From positions 4,340,001-4,404,000 of the forward strand of contig JBNJNM010000011.1 of NCBI GenBank assembly GCA_052426225.1: a stretch of DNA of 64,000 nucleotides, read 5' to 3'. Positions 1 through 10,802 of the stretch are shown in pieces. How positions within the stretch are numbered: the stretch's first letter is position 1; the number at the start of each line of letters is the position of its first letter. Both the position numbers and the translations under genes were made by a program. The notes under the pieces are model-generated. The model was not told the DNA's origin, made no database searches, and was given only the letters and a program-made list of their open reading frames with translations. The DNA is from Zancudomyces culisetae HAW-14-8 (Eukaryota > Fungi > Kickxellomycota).

Positions 1-176
1 TTCTATGGCGCTTGCATCTAGGTTTAGTACTTTTTCAGCTCCTATTTTATTAGCAAGGATATTCACTAAATAAACTCATCTTAACGTAGATATAATTCAG
101 CTAATTTACATATTTTTATCTTGTACACTTGTAAACACTTTTCTTTTGTTATCATTCTAGGCCTACGACCTTAATA

Positions 177-566
177 TTATAAAAAAGTTTTTAATCCAGC
201 ATCACAATCATTACCTTCACTCATAGTCCCATCACTTGCACGTTTATTATTTTTAATGTTAGTATCCTTACTATCAATATATTCTCTCCCCCATTCTGCG
301 TATCCACTTTTAGAATCTTTTATACTGTCAAGTATTTTTTTACTCGCTTCGATGGAATGACTGTTTTCTTTGTGTAATCCAGACTCAGACGATGCTGATT
401 TTTGACTGTTAGACCATTGATTGTTGTTTATATTCCCCTGGACACTATTAAGACTATCTTTAAGATTATGTTTATCTAGCTCGCTAGAACTTGCTAGCGT
501 TGTTGTTGAACATATTATTAGGGCAGTTGCAAGTACTTTCCCAAAACTAACTGTATTCGGCTTCAT
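177..566 (-). CDS. small putative secreted protein (129 aa), Ser/Asn/Lys-rich, unknown function
   Basis: ATG-initiated ORF with signal-peptide-like N-terminus (MKPNTVSFGKVLATALIICSTTTLA); no family recognised. Confidence 0.5.
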   Translation of the reverse strand: MKPNTVSFGKVLATALIICSTTTLASSSELDKHNLKDSLNSVQGNINNNQWSNSQKSASSESGLHKENSHSIEASKKILDSIKDSKSGYAEWGREYIDSKDTNIKNNKRASDGTMSEGNDCDAGLKTFL

Positions 567-2079
567 GATTTATTGCAGTAATACTATCAATATTCAATTT
601 CAATATTTAAGAATCCCGGATTTGTCTTTGTCTGTATTACAAGCAATTACCAGGTAGAGGAACACTGATGTGCTGAGAAAGGTTAGTACGTTTTATGTTC
701 TGAATATACCTATCCTCTCGAGTATTTACTGCTATTATTGTAAGTATAATGAGCGATTACTTTCTTTTGGTGTTTTTAACCAAGTACAGTCATATAGATT
801 ATTTCAATACTAAAGAGAGATGATATTTAAAAAAAGTATGAGAAGGAATGAAAGGAAGAAAGGAGAATATATATTGATTAACAGTGTTGTGAGTATTTGA
901 ACTTTTGAGTAAAGTCCGCTAAAAAAACTGGATAAGCCTTTCAAATTTTTAATAATTATATTGATCAGCAAGGTTGCCTTTATAACCCAACCAATTTACT
1001 GTTTAGACTCTAGATATGTTGGTTGGTCTCGCTATAAGATATACCCACTACCCTTGCACATTCCTTTTTGTATGCATATGAGCAGTTTATCATTCTGTGA
1101 CAAAAAAACTAGCACGAAGGTTACTGGACCTTGTGTTAGCTATAAATGATATGATAGGATTTGCAATTCTTTTTTTAAATTATGTTACAAAGTATCCTAA
1201 AGTTGCTGAGCACAGTGGCGATACCCCCCTAACCCTCTTCGTTATTACCAAGGAAAAGTTCTCTAGAAACTACTTTTTAATATAACGTGAGCATTAGACA
1301 TAATACATATAACCTTTAAAACATACTAGTGCAGAAACAAAGCAGATCAAAGTTTTTTTTCAAAAAAAAGCTGTTTAAAACGACATTTGCCTATAAAGTC
1401 TTTATTATGCATGTTCCAGGACATAACCCACATACTTTAATATTGTTGCGAGATTCTAGTTCATTTACTTTTTTAAAATACACATAAATTGTTGATCAAA
1501 ATTCCAAATCTGCAAATTCTATTTGCTATATGGCTCTGCTTTTTTTTTGCCTCCCCTTAATATCCCACCTGTCAAAAAATGGGATTTATTATAAAAGTTC
1601 TTTTTCATTCACAAAAACAGTAAGACTAGGCTGGGCTGAACTGGACAATAGAACTGAAAAGTTCAATAGTCTTGAATCATATGTTTAAAGCTACATTTAA
1701 CTTAAAGGTTACCCCAATATCTAGTACCCAAAAACATGTTCTTTACATTCAAGTATTTTCATTATAGTTCGCCGTCATAATTATGTAGGCTAAACTGGTT
1801 TGATCAACTCAAATGCGGTTGTAGCTTTGAATGCGTTTGCACACGCTTGCACCATTAGAGACAGAGAAGTGAAAAAATGTAGTATTTTGTAAATCTTGTG
1901 GAGTTATGAGCTAGGCCCAGCTATAGACCCACATACACATTAAGTTGACAAGTTTCAATTTATACCAATTCTTTTTTTGCCATGGATATTTCCAATAACT
2001 TTGCACTCTTTGTCAATAACAGATATACATTATTTTCGTTTATCAATTCGCTAGATACCACCCCCTATGCTCAGCAAAA

Positions 2080-2153
2080 CTAAAAACGCTAAAAACACTA
2101 AAAACGCTAAAAACACTAAAAATACTAAAACACACTAAAACACACTAAAACAT
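2080..2153. repeat. minisatellite (CTAAAAACR)x5 followed by (CTAAAACACA)x3
   Basis: direct reading of tandem 9/10-mers. Confidence 0.85.
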
Positions 2154-3618
2154 ACTTGAGGATCCTAGAATATATAACCCATAATACTGAATCCGACGAA
2201 CAATTATAGTAAAAAGTTGTACTAGTTTAAAACGATAGCGTATCTATTTTTCCGCGACTAGAACGCTTATTCCCAGCGAGGCTTAAAAAATGCTATAATA
2301 TATTGTGGTAGGCTAGTTAAAATGGGCGGTGAAAAAATTATTTTTATTTGGTGTAGATGGGGGGGGGGGGATAAGAGCAACTGTGAAACTTACAAAAAGC
2401 TACTTTTACCTGTTTATTCTAGCAAGTTGGTGTGAATCAATGGTATATAATTACCCGAACTATTTTATATTTATAAGGATATAATGTGTATCTTAAAGTA
2501 AGCTGCACTTGTGCTGATAGTATCACGAGCCAGCTACACTAACTGCAGGAAATAGACTGTACAAAATAGTGTTGGGCGCTAATCCCTTTACAAGCCTGTA
2601 GATGGCTGGCAGAAGCAAACATAATCTTAAATATGCTTTTCCCCAGAAGTTTTGTAAACAGAGTAAGCTAAGCTTTGCAATAATGTTACATAAATAATAC
2701 ATAAAAACAAGATGTTACAAGAGTACGTATGAGAAGTAGTGGTTCGAATCCAATTTGACCCATTTACTCACAATAATATTATTTCAAGGGGTTGCTGATA
2801 TCAACTGACAAGATACCAAAAACACTCTTTAATTGGTTTTGTTTATAAAAAGAAGGCCACACTGGTAGCTGAAAAGTAAAATATTTTCGTGTAGTTTTGA
2901 TGTGTTTGAATTTTGTATTCCGATTACAATTTAAAAAAGCAGTACCCAAATAGCCAAGACTTCATTGTATGGTTGGAATTATGTAAATATTGCTGAAACG
3001 CAACTCGAAAGCGGTATGTGATAATTCACGATTATATCTTTTTATGCGATTTGTAATTATGGATATGATAACACATCCATTCACTGTTTATGATGCTTGA
3101 TTGGCTATCTGTGGAAAAATTGCCAACACCAAAAGCAAAAAGAAAACAAACACCTTTTTTAAATAGCGAAAATAAACACAGAAAAAAAATTAAAGGACAA
3201 TGGAAATGCTTGGAAATCAAGTATTTTGGGAAGGGGGAAATAAACTACAATGCAATTCGACAGGGAATTTCAGAGTTAGTGGTGGCAAGAAAAGAAGGAA
3301 GCTTTGAGGTGCATGTTTGAGTTTATTGGGTAGAAAGCAAGGATTATGTCTAAAGGAGTGTGCTTTATATTACACAATTTTGCACTTCGGAATTTAGCTG
3401 TCTCGGCAGTTGTTTTTTTTAAAGAGTTTCTTCTAGTCAGCGAAAATCGCGAATTTATATACAGAGACATAATTTCGGCAGGTTTAAAAAACAAACAATC
3501 CAGCAAAGCAAAAAAGTTTTCATTACTCTAAAAATTATTCACCACGAGTAAACAAACATCAAACTAAACAAACATCAAACTAAACAATAATCAAAATAAA
3601 CGTAGTACACAATCAACA

Positions 3619-4498
3619 ATGGGATTAGGTGAAGAGATCGCATCGAGAAGCCTTTCGATATATGCACAATGGATGGGTCTACTATCTGCCATACTACTGA
3701 TACTATTTGGAGCTGTGTTCATTCTCTCTGACACCCTTTTCAGAGTTTTGGCATTGTAAGTGTAAAGCTACATGTATATATATAATATCAAAAACAGCAA
3801 ACATCATTGGTATTAAAAAAAATTAAAACACCTATCATAGAATAATTGGGGCGCTTTGTTTATTGATGGAGGTTACGTTCCTATCAAATGTAAGTGTAAA
3901 CATAAGGTATATTTTGAAAAAAAAAAGAATTCTAACCCTAAACTCGAATTATACACGTAGCTTGTTTTCAAAAATAAACTGTAAGTTGAAACGATAAATA
4001 AGATGATCACTTTTCTAATCTATGATCTGTATTGCATAACTTTTACAATAACATTTATAATCTTAATTTAAGCTCGCAAAATATATAAAAATAGAAGTTC
4101 AGATGATTCAGCACTGGTAAGATACAGATCATGGGTCAGATTTCTCATTTATTTGGTGTAAGTATTTTGTTTATTTCGGTTGAGATTTTTTAATAACCTA
4201 TATATAAATTTCCTGAAGTATGTAAAATAATGTCTGGTTGAATATAGGTTTGCGGCTATAATGTGGACGGCAGTTAGCAGGGGCAGTGCGTCGCTAGTAT
4301 TTGGGTCAATCGCATTGACTTTTGCAACTCTCTTCTATTGTAAGTTTGACGTTATCTGATGCTACCTTTTTCAATGCTATTTTATCTCAGTTATCGCCCT
4401 ATTCTCACCTGTTCTTCTTTTTTAAAAAAATAGTGCTGAGTGCTGTGTTCAAACAAGAGCCACTTACATCACGAATGTTGGGTGGTACAGGTGTATAG
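3619..4498 (+). CDS. TVP18: Golgi membrane protein Tvp18, 6 exons
   Basis: Manual splicing (3619-3755, 3841-3889, 3961-3980, 4095-4157, 4248-4339, 4434-4498; GTAAGT donors) gives MGLGEEIASRSLSIYAQWMGLLS...YRSWVRFLIYLVFAAIMW...KQEPLTSRMLGGTGV, typical of Tvp18; absent from the ORF track. Confidence 0.85.
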
Positions 4499-5175
4499 AA
4501 GAATCAACTTTGACTATTTTGCCTTATGGTTTCAAACAGAGAACCCCCAAAAGCGTGGTTTGCGTGCAATGCCGTTCAAATAGCTCATCAATTTACAAAC
4601 CAGCATTTGTCTTTCTTTTATTGTTTTTGCAACAAGGTTTTTAGAAAAAAACTTAAATAAATTTGTACCTGTATCACTGGTAGTGTCAAACTAACAGCCA
4701 AAATAAGAAAAGTGGATCGATAAGAAGCAAGCTGTTCGATTGAAGTCGGGCTCTGTGTTTTTAGTTATCCTGTAGCCCAATAAGGGTTCAACGCCTGTTT
4801 GCCTGGATTATGAGTGTTTTTAGAATTATATTTAGGTAGAGCAAACTAAACAAGCTATGTGACACAGAAAATACATATTCTCACTTGGAACAGACAACAG
4901 TCTTAAGTCCTAATATATGTAGTAGAAGGGGATCTTCGCACCCATGCTCCTTGCACACTCCCTAAAAAGGGGGCGATGAAACACAAAATACCGAAACCAA
5001 CAAAATACAATAGGGATTGTGCTAGAAAGTATGTAAGCACATACTAGCTTTAAGTATCAATAGCAATATTCCGTTAGCAATTCGGCATTTGAAAAGAACG
5101 ATAAAAATGTACAAAAATTAAAATTGAAACAAGTGATCAAAAGTAAATGCCAAATAAGTCCTTTAAAGGCAGCTA

Positions 5176-6361
5176 TTACATCTTGAACAAAGCTTCCCAT
5201 CCTTTTTTTAGCTGCCCGATGTGATCTTTGGTACAAATATCAATATCAAGCCCTTGTGAGGCGGCTCTAGACGGCGATCCTACTCGAAAGAATGCTCCAG
5301 TACCCGCTTCAGCTGACAGAATGGTGTTTGCTAAACACAGACCCTTTTTTTTTACACGGGCTATCTCCTCACTATGTCGAGTTTTTGAGCTATAAGAAAC
5401 AATAACATCGAAACGATTTGTTAAACTACAGAAACACGTATACAAAAGATATCAGTATTAATGTTTTGGTATTTTTGTTACTTTTTCAGTTCATGTATAG
5501 TTTCATCGGTTTCCGCTATTTGGCTGTCCATTATCCTTTTCAAAGATTCCTTTGCCTGTTCAGCATAAATAGTAACTAGAGTTCAAACAACATATTATAT
5601 ATGTATATCGTAAATTCCAATCCAAAGCATGAAATATACGTACCTGAAAGTATCTACAGTGGTTAACCATTGCCGAAATGTTGGAAAGCGTATTTTGAAT
5701 TTGTGCAAGCTGCGGACCAACCTACAGTAGAAAAAAAAACTATCAAAATCAACCAGAATCTGGGATTACAAAATGATAAAAAGATCTGGAAAACATGATA
5801 TTAAAAACTAACCAGCTCAGGATTATCCACGGTCACACCCAAAAACTCAACATACTCATACAGTACTCTGTCAATTAATTTACACAATATCTCGGCGCTG
5901 TTTTCTATAAAAGATGACAATTTAACGTAAAGGTCTTGTCCTTAGCTATTTAATAGTAAACAAAAAAAATGAAAGTATATCGATTTACCATTTTGATTCT
6001 CCAAAAGAATTTCGTTTATTTTTGCATTAAGCACATCCTTTTTATTGCTCAACTAAGGTTTTGAAAGAATGTTAGTTTGTAAAAACTCAAATACGTACTA
6101 TGTACTGTTTTTTTTTAAAAAAGAGATTGGATTTAGACGTAGAGTATAAATCGGAAAAAAACTTACGGAAAACGACCGGCCAAAAATAGTATATTCATCG
6201 CTATCTGGTGGTGTAGGTGGTACCAAATACCGCAGCTCCTTATTTTCCTGTATTCCTCGAGTTGTCTTTGATTTTAGTAGTTCCAAGTTCTCACTGGTAA
6301 AATATGAGTAGTGGTAGGGCGGAAATGGAAAGGCGGTAGATAGACTCTGATTTTTATCCAT
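5176..6361 (-). CDS. MED7: Mediator subunit 7, multi-exon
   Basis: N-terminal STAFPFPPYHY..F..EN...L.PP.PP...Y.IFG motif; internal exons give ISAMVNHCRYFQ/AKESLKRIMDSQI (Med7 N.YRP.QARE.L equivalent); last exon is in the frame of ORF 5176..5445. Confidence 0.8.
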
Positions 6362-7638
6362 TTTTGGTCGAGTAAATTTGAATATTTATTTTTACGTTTT
6401 AATATGAATAACTTGATGTATAGAAGATTCGCAATTTCTAGGTTTATTTATATATTTGAAATGGCTTTCCCATAATCAATAGATGTCAAATTTCCGTTTA
6501 ATTTCTTTATAGAATCGAAAATAAAGTTATATACGCGCACTATTGACCATCAATTAGTTTTTAAAGAAAAGGTGAATGATTGCTTTGTTATATTGAAGTA
6601 AGTGCATTGGTTTTGGGGATTGCGTCAGGATTGGAACAGAAAGAAATAAACACTTGTAGGGTTTTAATTCAAAATTCAGTAAAACTATATAGAATTTTAG
6701 CTCTAAAGAACTGCTAATACGCCGTTGACTGGATTCAGTTAATCCTCCTGTTATGGTAGATTGTTTACACAACTGAAAAAAAAATAAATAATTTTCTGCA
6801 ACTGGACGACAAATCGCCCTATTTTGCCATTGCAATAGTAGCTGCTGACCTGCAACTTGTTGCCCAAAGAGCACAAACTTTTGCCAAAGTAATCTATTTG
6901 CTTAGCATTTTGCCAGTTGACAAACTGTCTCAAAAAAGCGAGTACTCAATTTTACAATGAGCCTATTTTTTTTTTCAATAGAATAACATCAAGCAATGGT
7001 GATAAATGATTAAAACGCTCACCATTGGACAAAAGGAAAAAAATTTTAGAATTGGGAGTTAAAGAGAAAAAAATATAGGATTCATATTACCAGAGTGTTT
7101 ATAATTTTACTTTTTTAAAAATAAAAAGGCTCAGTGGACTTGAAAAAGCTACAATCTTTCAGAGTAGGATAATAATAGGTAAGTATATCAACAGCTAGCT
7201 GGCTGCGAAAGACTCGATTTAATCTATGGACTAGTGTGTGTATCAGCAACAACAGCAAGAAACAAAACAAAACAAAACTTTATGAGAATGGGAAAAGGAA
7301 CCTGTATTATTTTTATTCGATGGATTTGAGGTCGTATATGAATTTTTAACTCTACGTTGCTGCCACCAACATCGTTAATACTACGTTGCGGAAATTTTAA
7401 GGAACGGTAGAATTATCAAATTGTTGGATTCGGTTTTAAAATGTGTGAAGCTGTCATTTTGTGGTGCTACAAATGATTTATTTTTGAATCTCCTTTTTTA
7501 CGTTGAACACACCTAGTATCAAAGATTAAAAGCGATATTGTCTCTGGAATCTTAGTCAACTTTGGCATTTAATCAAAAATATACATTTTGTGTACAATCT
7601 ATAACATTAAAATTTCTATTACATAGAAAAACATAAAA

Positions 7639-8319
7639 ATGGTTGCACATTTATCCAAGGCTAACGGTGTTGCCGCAACACCAACAGAGCTTTTGCTGGC
7701 ACAATCTTTGACTGACCTCGAGAAGAGCGTTCCAGATCTCAAGAAGGATCTTAGACCAATCCAGATCTCTGCCGCCAAAGAGGTACGTATCAGTTGTTTT
7801 GCATTTGAAGAGGTTAATATATCAGGTGGAGTTTTGTTGTATGTGCTATCGGTTACTGATATTAAATGAATTTCCGCTATAAAATAGATTGAAGTTGGAC
7901 AAGGAAAGAAGGCTATTGCAGTCTTTGTACCAGTTCCACTCCTCAAGCAAACACGCCGCGTTCAACAGCGCGTAACCAGAGAGTTGGAAAAGAAATTCTC
8001 CGACAGCAACGTAGTGTTCATTGCTGAGCGCAGAATCTTGCCACGCCCAACCCGTAAGTCTCGCCAGAAGCAAAGCCGTCCACGCTCACGAACTTTGACT
8101 GCTGTCTACGAAAAGATCTTGGAAGACCTTGTCTACCCAAGTGAAATTGTTGGAAAGCGCACCCGTGTAAAGGTTGATGGGTCAAGAACCACCAAGTGTT
8201 TCTTGAGCAGCAAGGACGCCACTAACGTTGGTTACAAACTAGATACCTTCTCAACTGTTTATAAGCAACTCACTGGAAAGGATGTTGTTTTTGAATTTGA
8301 TCAAGACCAGGCCTTGTGA
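7639..8319 (+). CDS. RPS7: 40S ribosomal protein S7 (eS7), intron 7783-7887
   Basis: ISAAKE|[17 protein letters not shown]...RELEKKFSD...[28 protein letters not shown]; GTACGT...ATAG intron. Confidence 0.97.
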
Positions 8320-8941
8320 TTTAGCCCTTTTATACCTATTCCATAATAAGACTTGTCTTTATGTTTTCTTAATATATATAAACTTTATAACATTAGTTTA
8401 ATAAACATCGTAAAAAGTGTACACGAAGGCTTAGGTGTTATATTCAATAAATATTGGAATAACAAGCTACACATACAGGAGAGGAAAGAAAAAGTACAAA
8501 GAGCAACCATGAGCAACTACTATCTACTCAAAGACAGAAATACACCGCTGTTGATGAAAAAGATGGTAATTAGGTCGATAGTCATTGCGGTCGCTGGGTA
8601 TGGAGGTGAAATGTTCGGCATGTCTGAAGCAAGGGTAAAACCGATACAGCAAGCCGTGGACAACACATTAAGAATAGCCATGGGAGTGGGATATATAGCA
8701 ATAAAAAAACATAAGAAAAAACATAAAAAGATAACAAAAAGATAACAAAAAAAGTTATAAAAAACCCAAAAAACATAGTAAAAAGTACCCAAAAGGTCAT
8801 AAAAAACTCATAAAAAACACGTCTAAACCGAGATTAGTACTGATCTCAACACATTTAGTCCAACTGAACATAAATTTAAACCCAAATCTACCAAATTTAA
8901 CTGATCCAAAAACAAAAAAACCAAGAAACGTCTGCGAAGAT

Positions 8942-10573
8942 ATGGCATCAACGCAGACGAAAGAAAAGTCTTACGCGCAAACTGCGCAAAGTGGCAGCTA
9001 CCAAGCTGCAAGGGGAGGAAGAGCGGTGCTCTACCAACAATACTCCGTCCTATACTGGGTCGATGAGAGACCCAATGTAGGAAACATGATGGTATGCAGA
9101 ACTAGAGATGAGCGAAAATTCGCCATCAGAACTAGAAGTATCAATGAGAACTATGACGCGGCAGTGAGAGAGATATCTGATACCTTAAAAGATTTTGAAA
9201 TCTCATTTGACCAAGATAGAGAAAGAGGCGTCCTGTTTGTCTGGTTCACAACACTGGAAGAAGCAGAAGAGGCCAGAAAAATTGAGGAAACAATAACAGG
9301 AAAGGAGCTAAACCTGTATAACACTTTCCAACATTCAGAAAAGACGAAGGTGGTAACTATACCATCCTTTAAGAATGATGAAATACATGGCTTTGTGAAG
9401 AATTTGTACGAAGAGCTAAGTCAGTATGGTGAAGTTGCAGATATAATGGCACTGAGGGTGCCGGGCAACAACCATTTCTTTGTCAATAGCTTAAAAGTAT
9501 TGATTAAGATGCACGACTTAGCCATATTGCCCACCACGTTAGTAGTAAAAGATGAGAAGGTCAATCTTATCTGGGATGGGGCCCCAGCTTCATGCACATA
9601 CTGCAAGAAGGAAGGCCACTGGAAAAGCGAGTGCCCTGAACTGGCAAAACTAAGGAAAAGAGGCAGACCGGACAAGTACAGGGAGATGATGAACATCATC
9701 GAAAAAGGCAAAAACCAGATCGAACAAGAGCGACAAAAAGGGAGCGAACAAGAAAATCAAAAAGTAAAGGAAAGAACAAAAGAAAAGGGACGGGTAAAAG
9801 ACCAAGCCTCAGCACAACCACAACCACAAGAACAGAAGGGAAAACAAAAAAAAGATCGAGTCTCAGCTCAACATCAGGAGCAGAAAGAGGTACAACAAGA
9901 AAAAGAAATGGTGAACACAAATTTTATTGATAACTACGAAAACCTTATGGATGAAGGATACGACTCGGAAATACAAAAAAAAAAGCAAGAACAAGATGAA
10001 GAGGAAGTTCTAAGACAAGAACATGAGCTGAAACAAGAAAACATGGAAGTGGAAAATATTATTAATGATGTTCTTTTTAATAACAACATAATCAGGAAAA
10101 AAACAAACACACAAAAATATAAAATATTGAAACAAAAAACAAACAAAAAAAACAACAAACAAAAGAAAGTTAAAGAGGACAAAGCATTCTTAATACTCGC
10201 GCAGAAGATTGCAAATAAAGAAAAGGAGGAAGCTATAAGAACCGAAATAAATATACTTACGTTGGAAGGGGAAGTGGCAATGGAAACACAACCACAGGAG
10301 CAACAACAAGCACGGGAACAACACCAAGTACAAGAACAACACCAAGTACAAGAACAACACCAAGTACAAGAACAACACCAAGTACAAGAACAACAGCAAG
10401 CACAGGAACAGAATCAAACGCAAAACCAGCAAGAGGCACCACACGGCGAGGCGGAAGACAGCGGAACCGGAAAACCTCCGGATCAAGACAACAGCAATCA
10501 AATCGGTCCCAGCATCCATGATGCGGAGATGGAGGAAGACCCTCCTTCATCTCCGATAAATGTAATGGATTAA
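8942..10573 (+). CDS. LINE ORF1p: RRM-like region, CCHC zinc knuckle, long Q/E/K-rich tail
   Basis: CTYCKKEGHWKSEC = CX2CX4HX4C; LSQYGEV RRM-like segment; lies upstream of ORF2. Confidence 0.92.
   Translation: MASTQTKEKSYAQTAQSGSYQAARGGRAVLYQQYSVLYWVDERPNVGNMMVCRTRDERKFAIRTRSINENYDAAVREISDTLKDFEISFDQDRERGVLFVWFTTLEEAEEARKIEETITGKELNLYNTFQHSEKTKVVTIPSFKNDEIHGFVKNLYEELSQYGEVADIMALRVPGNNHFFVNSLKVLIKMHDLAILPTTLVVKDEKVNLIWDGAPASCTYCKKEGHWKSECPELAKLRKRGRPDKYREMMNIIEKGKNQIEQERQKGSEQENQKVKERTKEKGRVKDQASAQPQPQEQKGKQKKDRVSAQHQEQKEVQQEKEMVNTNFIDNYENLMDEGYDSEIQKKKQEQDEEEVLRQEHELKQENMEVENIINDVLFNNNIIRKKTNTQKYKILKQKTNKKNNKQKKVKEDKAFLILAQKIANKEKEEAIRTEINILTLEGEVAMETQPQEQQQAREQHQVQEQHQVQEQHQVQEQHQVQEQQQAQEQNQTQNQQEAPHGEAEDSGTGKPPDQDNSNQIGPSIHDAEMEEDPPSSPINVMD
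10316..10387 (+). repeat. 18-bp coding tandem repeat x4 (EQHQVQ) in ORF1
   Basis: GAACAACACCAAGTACAA repeated 4 times. Confidence 0.9.
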
Positions 10574-10802
10574 CATCCTATTCAAGTAACAGAATTACAT
10601 CATTATAACAACAACAACACAAACAAAAATAACAACAAATATCATAACTGATAAACTACTGGTACTCAACATACCAGAATTGTCTCAGAAAACTGTAAAA
10701 TATTTTTTTTCGTTCATCACAAAAATCGAAAAAAAAAATCTACACGTCAAAAAAATTAAACAGAAAAATAAATCTTACCGCTTCGAAATCCAAAAAATCG
10801 AT

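Noticed and set aside
2080-2153. CRISPR-like array
   Set aside because: Contiguous short tandem units with no spacers, in a eukaryotic context
2736-2763. GGTTCGAATCC tRNA T-loop/B-box motif
   Set aside because: T-stem is imperfect and no matching acceptor stem or D-arm was found upstream; not called a tRNA
6483-6940. Possible small spliced gene between MED7 and RPS7
   Set aside because: Splice-like signals are present but I could not build an open spliced frame
7783-7887. Intronic snoRNA in RPS7
   Set aside because: No convincing C box (RTGATGA) or H/ACA layout
8353-8745. ORFs 8353-8745, 14515-14745 and 16605-17372 as genes
   Set aside because: They are fragments of the split LINE ORF2 read through junctions
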